From Eledone cirrhosa (lineage: Eukaryota): a stretch of DNA of 64,000 nucleotides. The notes below the pieces were generated by a model. It was not told the origin of the DNA. It made no database searches and saw only the letters and a list, made by a program, of their open reading frames with translations. How positions within the stretch are numbered: the first letter of the stretch is position 1; each line of letters starts with the position of its first letter. Location: the NCBI GenBank assembly GCA_964016885.1, contig OZ024741.1:366482001-366546000 (forward strand), in the 5' to 3' direction. The translations under genes were made by a program, and so were the position numbers. Shown one piece after another: positions 11,579-23,313 of the stretch.

Positions 11579-13153
11579 TGAGTTGAGATGGAGGGTCTGT
11601 GGTTTTTCTCACATCTGGTTGGTCTCTGAATGTTACTTGTTTTATATGGAAAAAGTGGCTCGAAATTCCAGGTTTTTCGAGAAGTAATTTGATTGGTTTG
11701 TCAATAATTATAATAAATTTCGCGCCAGTTCGCGTTACAATAGTTCTTCAAATAAGAGAGGGGGGGTTGTCACAGGTTGTTTTTTCATATATGAGTGTTT
11801 GAATTTCTTTTTACTTGAAAAAAGGAGGCTCACGAAGGCTTTTTTTTGGTTGGTTATAAATGAAATTTGGCTGTCACGTGAACAAGTTTTTATTACATTT
11901 TTGCGCCCAGTTCATCGCGACAGTTCATCGCCAACAATTACGAGATCCAACCACGAGACAGATACCACTAAGTGCATATCTAGACATTTGCGCAAGTAAT
12001 AAGACACCCAAATTCCAAGTCTTCCCATTTTACCTTTGCGCTAACAATACAACAGAACAAATGCGAATAAATAAGGAAAATATGTTTATTCAAAAATATA
12101 GACCAACATTAAATAAGGTTTAATATACATTATGTCAACACCACAATATGACATACACACACACACATAACACCTTCTACTTTAGAAAATAAAAACCCGA
12201 ACTAAATAAACCTTAACATACGTTTGTACTGGCAATACAAGAGCAAACACGAAAAAGTAAGGAAAATATGTTCATTCAAAAATATTCCTACTAAAGGAAT
12301 CACTTTCCTACACACACACATACACACACACACAATATATATATATATATATATTCTCTTCATCTTAACATGCTAACCATACTCCCACACACATAACACC
12401 CATACACACACATAACAACCCCCACACCTACAACTCCCTCCCCATTTCTACTAATAGAACCACTTTCCTACACACATATATATATACACACACACAAAAT
12501 ATATATTCTCTCCATCTTAACATACTCGCACACACACACATAACACCCATATACACACACACACAACTCCCTCCCCCATCTCTACTAATAGAATCACCTT
12601 CCAATACACACATACACACACACACACACATACACACACACAAGCACACAAATAAACATACATATCTTCAGTCTCAATAGAAAATCTGAACTCTGACACC
12701 CCGGCGAGCTGGCCATATTCACTGAACCAGAACATTTCTCCCAATCCCTTTTCTCTTGACCACTATCTCTCCATTGTCATAACATTCACTATAAAGACTA
12801 CAGAATAGTTTTCCAAATAAGGGCGCAAAAATGTAATAAAAACTTGTTCACGTGACAGCCAAATTTCATTTATAACCAACCCAAAAAAAGCCTTCGTGAG
12901 CCTTTTTTTTTCAAGTAAAAAGAAATTCAAACACTCATATATGAAAAAACAACCTGTGACAACCCCCCCCCCTCTCTTATTTGAAGAACTATTGTAACGC
13001 GAACTGGCGCGAAATTTATTATAATTATTGACAAACCAATCAAATAACTTCTTGAAAAACCTGGAATTTCGAGCCACTTTTTCCATATAAAACAAGTAAC
13101 ATTCAGAGACCAACCAGATGTGAGAAAAACCACAGACCCTCCATCTCAACTCA

Positions 13154-13191
13154 CCTTTTGACAAGCAGAAGAACTGCGAAACCGGTAAAGG
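13154..13191 (+). ncRNA. Minimal type I hammerhead ribozyme, U3-A8 core variant
   Basis: Stem I CCTT/AAGG, core TTGACAA, stem II GCAG/CTGC, GAAA, palindromic stem III ACCGGT, cleavage triplet GUA. Confidence 0.7.
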
Positions 13192-13260
13192 AACCAAATA
13201 AATATATATATTTTTTAAAAAAATAAGACTTCAGTTGCATTTTCGATTTCATCTCTTTTT

Positions 13261-13311
<51 letters not shown>

Positions 13312-13318
<7 letters not shown>

Positions 13319-16300
13319 ATATTTGGGGAGGGTCATATTTGCGTAATATTGCCAGAATTAATAACAGAACACACTCACTGTTTGGTTGGTTTTCGCTTCT
13401 CGCTGTCTTTTATATATATATATCTGCGATCTAACTTACTCGGTCCTCAATGTTGCCATTGACTGACCGGCGGTCAAAAATAATACAGATACAATATAGA
13501 CAAACACATATATATATAGTTTACATAAATCTTTCGTTGCACATCTGCAACATCGTCAGTGGTGTTATATTCATTGTTCCTCCTGTTGTGTTGTATGTCT
13601 ACGCCATTTTTTTTGTTCAGTCTGTCTATATATTTATTTATTTATTTATTTGCTTGTTTGTTTATCTTATTTTATTTTGTCTTCTTTGCGCATGCGTTTG
13701 CGTGTGTGTATAGTGTTATGTGTGATGTGTGACTAGTGTGTATAGTGTTGTGTCTGCTGGGTGACTAGTGTGTGTTTATGTGCTTGTGTATGTATTTATT
13801 TATCTTATTTTATTTAATTTAATTTACTTATTTATTTATACTTCTCTTAGGTCAGTGTTGTTTGTTTGGGTGTTGTTGTTGTTCCACTCATTCTTTCTGT
13901 TTAGCTTTGGTCTTCTAATTTCTATTTCACTGGCCTCTCTGATTTGCCTATCTGCTGGGTCATTCCTATGTTTAGATATTATTCTAATTTCTATGTTGTC
14001 TATGTTACCGTCATGATGTTGTCTAGCATGTTCGTATAGTACTGACCCGTTTTTTCGTCCTTTTAGTTCCCCCCAGTGTTGGTCTATCCTTTCACCTATG
14101 CTACGAGCTGTCTCACCTATGTATGTTGTTGTCGTGTTTCTGCAAGTACCCTCTGTACATCTTATGCTATAGACTACGTTTCTAGTTTTACAGTTTATCC
14201 GGGGGTTCACCTTACATATGATACATTTCCTATTGGTACAGTGGGTTTTCTTAAAAGGGTAGGTTTTGCTGATCAGGGATTTTATGGTGGTTCCTGGCTT
14301 TTCTACCACCTTTATTTTTAAGTGGGTCTTTCTCAGGGCCTTTCTACACTGGTTAGCTAATTTCCCTCCAGGGGTGGCGTCCACAAACATGACACTCTGA
14401 TATCTCTGGTTGTCGTACCATGATGTGGCCTTCCCTATCTTATGTCTAGCCCTATCTAAGCTATTCCATGATTTGCTCCTGTATAGTGGGCAAATTCCTT
14501 TCATGTCCAGTTCTATGAGGGTCTTATACTTTTCCATGGCTCCTTCGTATACTCTGACTCTGTCTCTTTGGTTGTAGCCAGAGAACTGCATGCGGTTGAT
14601 GAAGTGTTGGATGTGTCCTTCCATTTCTGTTGGGTCGCACATGCTGGACACATTCTTCATCACTCGTACCAAATCTGCGATCAGAATATTAAACTTAGCA
14701 CTACTGGACATTGCTGAGTTTTTGAGTATCAGGTATTTGGAGGCCATGGGTTTAGCATAGTGTGAGTGGAGAATTTGGGCTCTCTCGTCTATAGTGTTAA
14801 TCCAGAGTTCTGTGTCTAATACAGGTAGTCTATTGTTAGGGTGTTTGGAAGGGAAGTCTATAGTTACAGTTATACTCTGGTGTATGGAATTAGCTATCTG
14901 CTGGATGCTTTCCATCGTGCTACGTTCTAAATCAAACTTGTTAGTGCTCTCTAGTGGGGGTGTTCTTATAACTATATTGATATCGTCTACATAACGAGAG
15001 TACATGATGAGGTCTATGGAGCTTTCATTAAGGAGATCTTTAAGTCTCCTTTCCCACCATACCATGAAAAGGTTGGCAACATCGCCAGCTATGCTGACGC
15101 CGATGGCTGCTCCCTCATTTTGGGTGTAGATTTTCTCATTGAACTTAAATATGTGGCCCTTTAGGGTAGTTTTGATACTAGCCCCTATTGCATGTGCGAC
15201 CATTTTTCTTACCTGATCAGTGTTTTGGGGGGTCCGTATAGCTTTGGTCCACCCAATCCACCTTCCTATGGGAGTCTTTTTAGCCATTGAGGTTATGGTG
15301 GGGGGTCTACCTCTTATAGGTCTACTAGGGCAGAAACATCTAAGGTCATGGCTGTCTAGGTAGTCAGTGTCGTAGGTAAGTCTAAGTAGGAGGCCCAGTT
15401 CGTCTGTGTCGACGTCGCAGAACTCCACCTCACTCTCAATGATCATCTCCACACATCTTTTCACAGCAAAATCAATGTTAATGGATGGGTACAGTGACAC
15501 CACATCCATGCTGCCTATTATGCAGTTGGATAGGCTCCTGTTTTTGTTGCACTCACTGATTCTGCTGAGGAGGTCCTCTGTACTTTCACATACATCTGGG
15601 GACATCTTGATTATGGGGCGTATAACCATTGAGAGGAAGTAGGAGATCCTGTAGTTGCTAGCTATATTAGCTCCGCATACAGGTCTTGTTGGTGGTCCTA
15701 TTGTCGGGTCGTCGACTGTCTTGTGGTCTTTGCGGAGCCCATACAAGGGTGGTATGCCATTGTTAGACGCCTGGAAGTTGTTGGCAGTGCGTCTGCTTGG
15801 CTTTAGGATGTCAGTCCACATCATCATGTGAGCGTTGAGGATTTTTTCTCTCCCATCGTGTGTTAGTTGTGCAACTTCGCTCGTGTTGGTGATGTGGGGT
15901 TGCATTGCCTCGATGTAGTTCGGCATGCTATCTATTGACATCCTACCAGACTTATCTGTGGGTAGACACACTACCTCACCATCCCTTGTGCGCTGCTTGA
16001 GGCTAACCAAGCCTTCTACAGGTTTTATCCCAAGTTGTTGGGCCTCTGGTCTGCTCTGTCTCATAGTGTACCTGTCTACTACTTGTCTAATCTTATTTCT
16101 AGCTATGGTGAACTGTGCCTCCGTCTCGTCATCTATTTGTTGTGGTATGCAAACTCTTTTATTAAAGGGTAACCTCGTAGGATAGATATTACCCATCTTA
16201 TATGTTTTGTCAGCTGGGTTGAAAAATAGTTTCTCTAAGGGGTTGTCGTTATTTCTATCGTCATAGTTGTGTGTGTTGCTATTATTGTTATCATGGTGGT

Positions 16301-17104
16301 TGTTGTTGTTTCTATCCTTAGCATTAATATTATTATTGTTATGATTGCTAGATGTATTGTTGTTTACTTCACCGTTATTGTTGTTGTTGTTACTGCTATT
16401 TCTACCATTGTGGTTGTTACTATTATTATGTTTCTTGTTTTTGTTGATGTTGCTACATGTACTATTTCCATTATTACCACTGTGGTTATTGTTGTTGTTG
16501 TTGTTCGTATTGTTACCGTTATTACTACTGTGGTCACTGTTGCTGTGTCTGTGGTTAACGTTTCTATTATTATTATTATTGTGGTTGTTGTTGTTCTGTC
16601 TATCGCTAGTATTATTACCATTATCACTATTTCTCACTTTCCTGCCATTGTTATGGTTATGGCTGTTATTTCTATACCCAGAGTTATTGTTTATATTACT
16701 ACTACCGTTATTATTGTTGTTGTTGTTTACCTTTGCATTCCAACGTATTTTTGTGAAACACTTTTCCAGCTCCGTTTTGCATTCCATAGGATTAATCTTT
16801 TTGTAGATGGCAAATTTTGGTGGTAACTTTAGGATTTGTTGTTCTTGTTCACTGATTAAAGTGTTCCCATAGATATTTACTGTGTGGTCATTGGTAAATT
16901 CTTCCGGTAGTTTTACATCACTCATACGGATGTTGTCGATGTTATCTGGGTATTTTTGAGAATATTCGATTTTCCTTTCTTGTAGTTTTTTCTTATTCAT
17001 CCATTCTGGCAATATTACGCAAATATGACCCTCCCCAAATATAACAATATCTGTTTCGACACACGATTTCATATAAAAAACCTCGCAAAACTAATTCATC
17101 GCCG

Positions 17105-17105
<1 letters not shown>
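13312..17105 (-). mobile_element. Penelope-like element (Nematis-like) in (TA)n, with a short inverted terminal copy at its 5' end
   Basis: RT + GIY-YIG ORF. 13312-13357 is the reverse complement of 17003-17049. (TA)n on both sides. Confidence 0.9.
13836..17072 (-). CDS. PLE reverse transcriptase + C-terminal GIY-YIG endonuclease, uninterrupted, with an Asn-rich insert
   Basis: DKSGR, LYGLRKDHK, PTRPVC, SMDVVSLYPSI, QNEGAAIG, RYVDDI, PVLD, HYAKPMAS, FVDATPGG, a Cys-rich linker, VVY..C..C..YIGETARS..ER..QH, REA..I..P.LN. The first ~23 codons derive from the inverted terminal copy; the next Met is at 17000. Confidence 0.9.
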   Translation of the reverse strand: MKSCVETDIVIFGEGHICVILPEWMNKKKLQERKIEYSQKYPDNIDNIRMSDVKLPEEFTNDHTVNIYGNTLISEQEQQILKLPPKFAIYKKINPMECKTELEKCFTKIRWNAKVNNNNNNNGSSNINNNSGYRNNSHNHNNGRKVRNSDNGNNTSDRQNNNNHNNNNNRNVNHRHSNSDHSSNNGNNTNNNNNNNHSGNNGNSTCSNINKNKKHNNSNNHNGRNSSNNNNNNGEVNNNTSSNHNNNNINAKDRNNNNHHDNNNSNTHNYDDRNNDNPLEKLFFNPADKTYKMGNIYPTRLPFNKRVCIPQQIDDETEAQFTIARNKIRQVVDRYTMRQSRPEAQQLGIKPVEGLVSLKQRTRDGEVVCLPTDKSGRMSIDSMPNYIEAMQPHITNTSEVAQLTHDGREKILNAHMMMWTDILKPSRRTANNFQASNNGIPPLYGLRKDHKTVDDPTIGPPTRPVCGANIASNYRISYFLSMVIRPIIKMSPDVCESTEDLLSRISECNKNRSLSNCIIGSMDVVSLYPSINIDFAVKRCVEMIIESEVEFCDVDTDELGLLLRLTYDTDYLDSHDLRCFCPSRPIRGRPPTITSMAKKTPIGRWIGWTKAIRTPQNTDQVRKMVAHAIGASIKTTLKGHIFKFNEKIYTQNEGAAIGVSIAGDVANLFMVWWERRLKDLLNESSIDLIMYSRYVDDINIVIRTPPLESTNKFDLERSTMESIQQIANSIHQSITVTIDFPSKHPNNRLPVLDTELWINTIDERAQILHSHYAKPMASKYLILKNSAMSSSAKFNILIADLVRVMKNVSSMCDPTEMEGHIQHFINRMQFSGYNQRDRVRVYEGAMEKYKTLIELDMKGICPLYRSKSWNSLDRARHKIGKATSWYDNQRYQSVMFVDATPGGKLANQCRKALRKTHLKIKVVEKPGTTIKSLISKTYPFKKTHCTNRKCIICKVNPRINCKTRNVVYSIRCTEGTCRNTTTTYIGETARSIGERIDQHWGELKGRKNGSVLYEHARQHHDGNIDNIEIRIISKHRNDPADRQIREASEIEIRRPKLNRKNEWNNNNTQTNNTDLREV

Positions 17106-17163
<58 letters not shown>

Positions 17164-17569
17164 TGTGTGTGTATACGTGTATATATATATATATGTGTGT
17201 GTGTGCTAAATTACAGATAAAGAGTATGAAGTCGATAATAAAAGTTAAGTAATATGTAATGCAACTGAAAATGTTCAGTTTCTATTTAACTGTAGTTTCG
17301 TTAGTAAAATCATCAGAATTGTAATGTGGCAATGTTTAAAATATATATATATTGTATATAAATATTGATAATTAAAATAAGCAAGAGAATGCTGTGCGAT
17401 TAATAAGAAATTAAATAGTGTATGAGTCCATACATAAAGCAAGCCATTGACTGAGAGTTCTTCTTAATGAGCTACTAACTCCCAAACATAGTCTGAACTA
17501 TTACTTTAAACACCAAGGCGCCCAAAAGCGGGTCAGCTCTTGGACTGAAATCTCATTATTACGTTACAG

Positions 17570-17940
17570 ATAATGGTTACTGATTAAATCGACCCCAGTG
17601 CACTACTGGTACTTTATTTTATCGACCCCGTAAGGATAAAAGGCAATGTTAACTTTGGCGAGATTTGAGCTCAGAACGTAAAGGGACGTAACTATGAGTA
17701 ACTATGAAGCATGGTGTCCGATGCTCTATCGATTCTGCTAATCCGCTCGTTACAAATAATTGTTTCTGCTTTGGGCACAAGGCGAGCAATTACCTCAGTG
17801 TATTACTGGAGCTTTATTTTATCGACCTCGTAAGAATGAAAGGCAAAGTTAACTTCGGCAGGATTTGAACTCAGAACGTAAAGAGCCATGACTCTATGTT
17901 GCAAAACATGGCATCTGACACTCTACTGATACTGCCAATA
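17570..17940 (-). mobile_element. Two adjacent copies of a tRNA-derived SINE (probably Meta-domain type)
   Basis: Reverse complement carries a B-box-like GTTCAAATCC/GCTCAAATC and the body motif GCCTTTCATCCTTACGGGGTCGATAAAATAAAGTACCAG, recurrent through the window. Confidence 0.7.
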
Positions 17941-18169
17941 ATATTTTGATTTCAGCAGTTGAATGTTTATGTTTATTTCTATGTAGAAAGATAGTTATTT
18001 TACTAAACCTCATATAATCACTGATTAATTTGATAATTAAAATAGAAAGAAAGTATAAACATGTTAGAAATGAGGTAATGAAAGTCTCGATGACGGAACT
18101 AAAATAAAGGTGTGGTATTTCTATTCCAAATCTAAATCCAGGGGATTTTTCACTCCTATTTGACAATCC

Positions 18170-18420
18170 CCTCTCTGGTTGGCCTCCATCCATTCTTATC
18201 TCTGACTATATTGGGCCGTGTGGAGCCGATCGTCATGCTGTCTTACCTTTGGCCATTGTTACCACTCTGTCGCTCTAATAGTTCACCTTTTGTCTCGAGA
18301 AGAGAGACATGTCAAGCCCATCTATGTTTGTATTTCTTGATAGTCTCAATTATGTCCTTCCCTTCAGTCTGATGTCGAATCCATGTGTTACTCTTCCTGT
18401 CACAAAGGCTTTAAATGGCA
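18170..18420 (-). mobile_element. Degraded RTE-like LINE 3' coding fragment
   Basis: Reverse complement translates to DRKSNTWIRHQTEGKDIIETIKKYKHRWA*HV, resembling the RTE C-terminus. Confidence 0.5.
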
Positions 18421-18526
18421 TTTTTCATTATTTACGCTCTTTAGTGCAATGAGTTGAAATACCATTACAGATACCTTTGCCTTTCATCCCGCCTGGGTCT
18501 TTGAAATATGAAACGATAGTATAAAG

Positions 18527-18816
18527 CAGTCATGGGCAGCCTGCGGCCCACGAAGCTTTCTGATGGCTCGTCTAAGTCACCTAAGTGAAATCTTTCTAAT
18601 TTTTTTACCTCAACTTTTCAGTCGTAATTTATCTTCCTATCATTTTTTTGATCGAGGAAAACAACGTGTACGAATTTTGAAGAAAGAAATCAAAACAACC
18701 TGAGTTACCGCTCTTTTTTTTTTAATGTGGGCCCGAATGTAAATTAGCGCTTGCGGCCCGCCTGATGATGAACCATATCTCATGCGGCCCGCTTCTCAAA
18801 AAAGGTTGCCCATGTA
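18527..18816. mobile_element. Degenerate hAT-like MITE
   Basis: Termini CAGTCATGGGCAGCCTGCGGCCC ... GGTTGCCCATG, with internal GCGGCCC repeats. Confidence 0.55.
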
Positions 18817-19214
18817 CTCTTGTTCGAACATGTATAAAGTGTACTCTTGTTCGAACATGTCACAGGAGTACCACTCTGTCATAGTGCGAATAACACAAGG
18901 ATACTTGGCCGGAAGATGAACCAGATACCGGTCTAGAAAGAAGTGGATTGATGGTGTCAAAGAAACAATGAAGGCACATGGCATCACGCTAGGATAGGCT
19001 TTTTAACTCGTCATAGAACGATAGCCTTTTTCTTCCAGCGACCCCCTCCAAGTCTGTTCGCCGATAGTTTATATTGATTTCTAATTTAGGCAAAATAACA
19101 GCCAAGTGGGGGAAAGTTAAAGCCGATTAAATCAACTTCAGTGCAAGACTGGTACTTTATTTTATCGATCCCGGACGATCCTTGACGGAAATTTAACTCC
19201 ACCACTCTCACGGA

Positions 19215-19760
19215 TAGTTTATATTTATTTATCTATTTATTTAATGAATTTAAAGGTCCGTAAAGAAATAGTAAAATATGACAGACTAGGGGAACTATCT
19301 AGTAATTCTTATAGTTGAGAACAAAGAACAAGACATACACAGATAAGTGAATATAAAAATCAAATTTATTTTAATTAAAAAAATAAATAATTTAAATAAG
19401 GAAAGCAGAATAAAAAAAAAGATTTAAAAAAAATGAAAATCAGCTAGAAGATTCTGATGTTGAATCTTGTCGTAACCTCCATTTACTCAAAGATTGTGTT
19501 TATAGTTAGTAGATCTTTTACAATATATTGTATCTTTAATCTTGGTAGTTTTTTAATGATCTCCACTCTCTCACAGACTAGTAGTTTTTATATTGGAACA
19601 AATAGTGCTAAAGAGATTCTGGAAAGCCACCACAAGAAAATAGAGGTGATATTCTACAACTTGTTTGTGATAAAATGTATTTCAATAGTGTATATCCAAT
19701 TCGAAGCCAACATATAATGTTTATGTATTTGTGACGACTACACAGTTTCTTTATAAATTG
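19215..19760 (-). mobile_element. Degraded LINE 3' end (CCHC remnant + AAAT tail)
   Basis: Reverse complement translates to WLRIGYTLL..SPLFSCGGFPESL*HYLFQY and ends in (AAAT)-like repeats. Confidence 0.4.
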
Positions 19761-20334
19761 CTGGCCTTATCCAAAAAATAGAGATCAATTTTATTAAAGT
19801 GATAGCGAAGGCCTTCTTGAATTATCTTGACCCATACGTTTCTATGGACAGTTCTAAAAACCTACTTGAACATATTGATTTTAACGGGTCATTTGTTCAT
19901 GAAGCATTCTTGACCTATGGGTCATTTTAGAATCCTTGTTGACCTATTGGCTTGAATAGGTCATTTCCGTGTCATTATTTTGAGTATTCATTTACCGATT
20001 TCGGTCAATAGACTGCGGTCATGCTGGGGTACCGCCTTCAATAAATACATTTTATCGACCACTATTTGTTAAACAGCTAAGTTATGGAACATATCAAAAC
20101 AGAAAACATAGACAGACATGGAAATACTGATTTTTCCCTGGATTTCACAAAATTCTGTGGATAAATCTATGTCTTGATTTTTTTTTTAATTGAGTTTGAA
20201 TTATTTTCCCACATCTTACGTTAACTATTTTTCCATTTTGACGTTATAGTCACTTATATATTATGAAATACTGTTGGCTTCACGCTCACAATAATTTCTA
20301 TACTTTCATTTATATATATATATATATATATAGG

Positions 20335-20383
20335 GCTTCCTGATGATTTCTCCAGAATGAAACAGTTTTAGTTATGTAGAAGT
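20335..20383 (+). ncRNA. Hammerhead ribozyme motif in a short (TA)n-embedded PLE-type module (20333-20462)
   Basis: GCTTC-CTGATGA-tttc tcca gaat-GAAAC..GTA-GAAGT. A related copy with mutated A9 is at 52332-52383. Confidence 0.55.
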
Positions 20384-20458
20384 CATTTCTATATTAAATA
20401 TTTATACTCTGCTATGTATTGAGTACCTACTTTACTGTGGTTACCCCTGATTGAACCC

Positions 20459-20550
<92 letters not shown>

Positions 20551-20554
<4 letters not shown>

Positions 20555-20856
20555 TTTGCAAACGCATGCGCAGAGAAGACAAAAAATAAATAAATAAATA
20601 AATAAATAAACAGACTAAATAAAGATGGCATAGGCATTCAATACAACGGGAGGAAACATAATAGCACCACTGACGATGTTGCAGATGTGCAATGAAAGAA
20701 CTTTGTTAGACTATATGTATGTGTTTGTGTCTATATTGTATCTGTATTTTTGACCGTTGGTCAGTCAATGGTAACATTGAGGACCGAATAAATTAAATTA
20801 ACCGATATAAAAGACACAGAAGCAGAGCTCTGCCGTCGGGGTCTAACATTTTCCTA
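20551..20856 (+). mobile_element. Solo fragment of the Nematis-like element's 3'UTR/pseudo-LTR
   Basis: Reverse-complement similarity to ~13400-13700 (CACCACTGACGATGTTGCAGATGTGCAA, GGTCAGTCAATGG..CATTGAGGACCGA); flanked by (TA)n. Confidence 0.75.
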
Positions 20857-21085
20857 TATATATATGTAAAAGCTATTATGGCGCCCACTGGACTATGTGG
20901 CCCTGTGCTGCAGAAGATACACAGAGCCGCTATGTATATCCGGTACTGTATAGCAGCTATCCCCAACCTTCCCGTTTGTTTGTTTGTTTTAATACAAATC
21001 AATGATAAGCTGCAACTCTTCAGTTGAGAAAGAAAAAAATATACAAAGTATAACAGATGAACGTCAACAGCATCAACAACAACAG

Positions 21086-21142
<57 letters not shown>

Positions 21143-21519
21143 ATGCTACTACTACGGTTACTATTACTGCGGTTTCTACTACTACTGCTACTACTACGAT
21201 TACTACTACGATTGCTACTACTACCACTATCACAACCACCACTACATCACTATTGCTACTACTACTACTACTACTACTACTAGTACTACTACTACTACTA
21301 CTACAATTACTACTACTACTACTAGAAGATGTATTTCATATTGATCTGATATGATAGATTTCCGACTTCGTTCGTTGCTATCGTAAACAAAAAGCAGCTA
21401 TGCCGTCGCCATTTTAAGAAAAAGAAATAAGTATAAATATTTCAATAAACCGATCGTTTTCTTGTTTATAAAATATATGGAAAAAAACCTGATTCCATCG
21501 AATATATTATCATTATTTG

Positions 21520-22100
21520 GTGAATTGGCAGAATCGGGAGAGAGTTGGACACCATGTTTTGCAGCATAATGTTACGGCCCTTTACATTCTGAGTTTGCCT
21601 ATCATCCTTACGGGGTCGATAAAATAAAGCACCAGTAACGTATTGGGGTCGATTTAATCGAATTTCCCCTCTCCCTAAATTACTGGCCTTGTGCCAATAC
21701 AAGAAATCATTATTTTGCGGTATATAGTCACGTCCCTTTATGTTCTAAGTTCAAATCCCGCCCAGGTTAACTTTGTCTTTCATCCTTACGGGGTCGATAA
21801 AATAAAGTACCAGTCACGCACTAGGATCGATTTAATCGACATTCACCTCTCCAAAAATTGCTGGCCTTGTGCTTATATAAGAAACCATTATTATTATATA
21901 AAGAAACCTTTATTATTATTATGTTGCGGCATATAGTCACGTCCCTTTACATTCTGAGTTCAAATCCCGTCGAGGTTAGCTTTGCCTTTCATCCTTACAG
22001 GGTCGATAAAATAAAGTACCAGTAATGCACTGGGTTCGATTTGATCGTCTTTCTCCTCCCCTGAAATTGCTGGCCTTGTGCCTATAGCAGAAATCATTGT
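21520..22100 (+). mobile_element. Tandem cluster of three SINE copies (same family as 17570-17940)
   Basis: Three repeats of GTTCAAATCC/..CATCCTTACGGGGTCGATAAAATAAAG..CTGGCCTTGTGC. Confidence 0.75.
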
Positions 22101-22746
22101 TACGTCTTTACTACAATTTATTGTTACTGTTATATCTACTGCTTTCTCTTTTGTTGATACCCTTTTCTCTTTACTTGATGTAAACCCCACTTTTTGCTGT
22201 GTTGTTTTCTTTGTTTATTTGTTTCGTTCATGTATTTTCCACCAACGTCATGGGCTCTTGTGCTCAATGAAAGAGATTCTTCTCATTATTGATGTTAACG
22301 TCATTATCATCATCATCGTTATTATCATCCTTATGTAACAGATCTAGAATGATTTATTGTATTCTGGTACTGTTCGCTTGATCAGGCGAATCAACAATGC
22401 TTGAGACATTTTGAAAAAAATAAATCTCATCTATTAATAATTAAATGTTATTTTATACGATAATAATAACAATAATAATAATAATAATATGCTTTATATA
22501 TTTTGTTCTTTATATATATATTCTTAGTTTTTGTGGCAATCCTATATAAATTCACATTGTTATATATTGTTTTGTTATGTTAGTTTTACATTATTTTCTT
22601 TGAAATATTTATATGTTTAACAGTAACTAGCAGACAATCTGATGATGCAAGATAACTGGATAGCCTGGCTGCAGTGGTTTACGTCAATAGATAGATATAT
22701 TTGATTTCTGCCAAAATGAAGGGGCGAGATTAAATTTATCCATTAA

Positions 22747-23313
22747 CCCTTTTGATAGCAAACCACCCGAAATCGCTCATGGTTCTCATTTATTAACCAG
22801 CATATTTCAAAATTGTTTATATTTATATAAAAACCTTCCATCCTGATTTTACGTAAGAACCTTTTGTGAAATGAGTAAAACTAGTTATCAAATTAAGCTC
22901 GTCTTGAGAGGAGCGACCACTGCCAGAAGTCAGAAGTCGTTTACTGTAGACAAAAAGTGTATTACATAACCATAAATGAGAGATGAAGTCAGTCATGTGA
23001 CGGTGTGTCAGACATGTTTTAAGAAGTGTCTGGGATGTTCCATTATGTAGTGAAAATGGATGTGGGGATGGTAGCACTCGTGTGATAAATATGACAATTG
23101 AATAAGGGGGATTACATGTTCAATCCTGAGCAAAATATGTCCAGGAGATGTTTTGAATTCAGTACATCACACTTTGTTAAGTTATGGTCCAAAACATCAC
23201 GCCAGCTTGATAAAGAAACATTTAGTTACATTACTGAATCTCTCCAACTTATTTTTAAAATTATTTGAAAATCCTATGTCGTATCTTTCATTGGAAATAT
23301 GGTATTGAAAGGG
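22747..23313. mobile_element. piggyBac-like non-autonomous element
   Basis: TTAA|CCCTTTTGATA ... TATTGAAAGGG|TTAA: TTAA target duplication and CCCT/AGGG ends. Confidence 0.65.

Larger units (their letters stand above)
11455..13266 (+). mobile_element. 5'-truncated Penelope-like element (Neptune-like) with inverted pseudo-LTRs
   Basis: 11455-11908 is the reverse complement of ~12821-13266. Between them lies a GIY-YIG C-terminal remnant (TVHRQQLRDP..FQVFPFY..R..KENMFIQKYRPTLNKV*, ~11915-12123) and a 3'UTR. Both ends lie in or near (TA)n. Confidence 0.8.

Noticed and set aside
21520-22100. CRISPR-like array or tRNA genes
   Set aside because: These are tandem SINE copies with A/B-box heads, no complete cloverleaf and no unique spacers, in a eukaryotic context.
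22636-22700. CTGATGA hammerhead start
   Set aside because: No matching GAAA/stem III found downstream.
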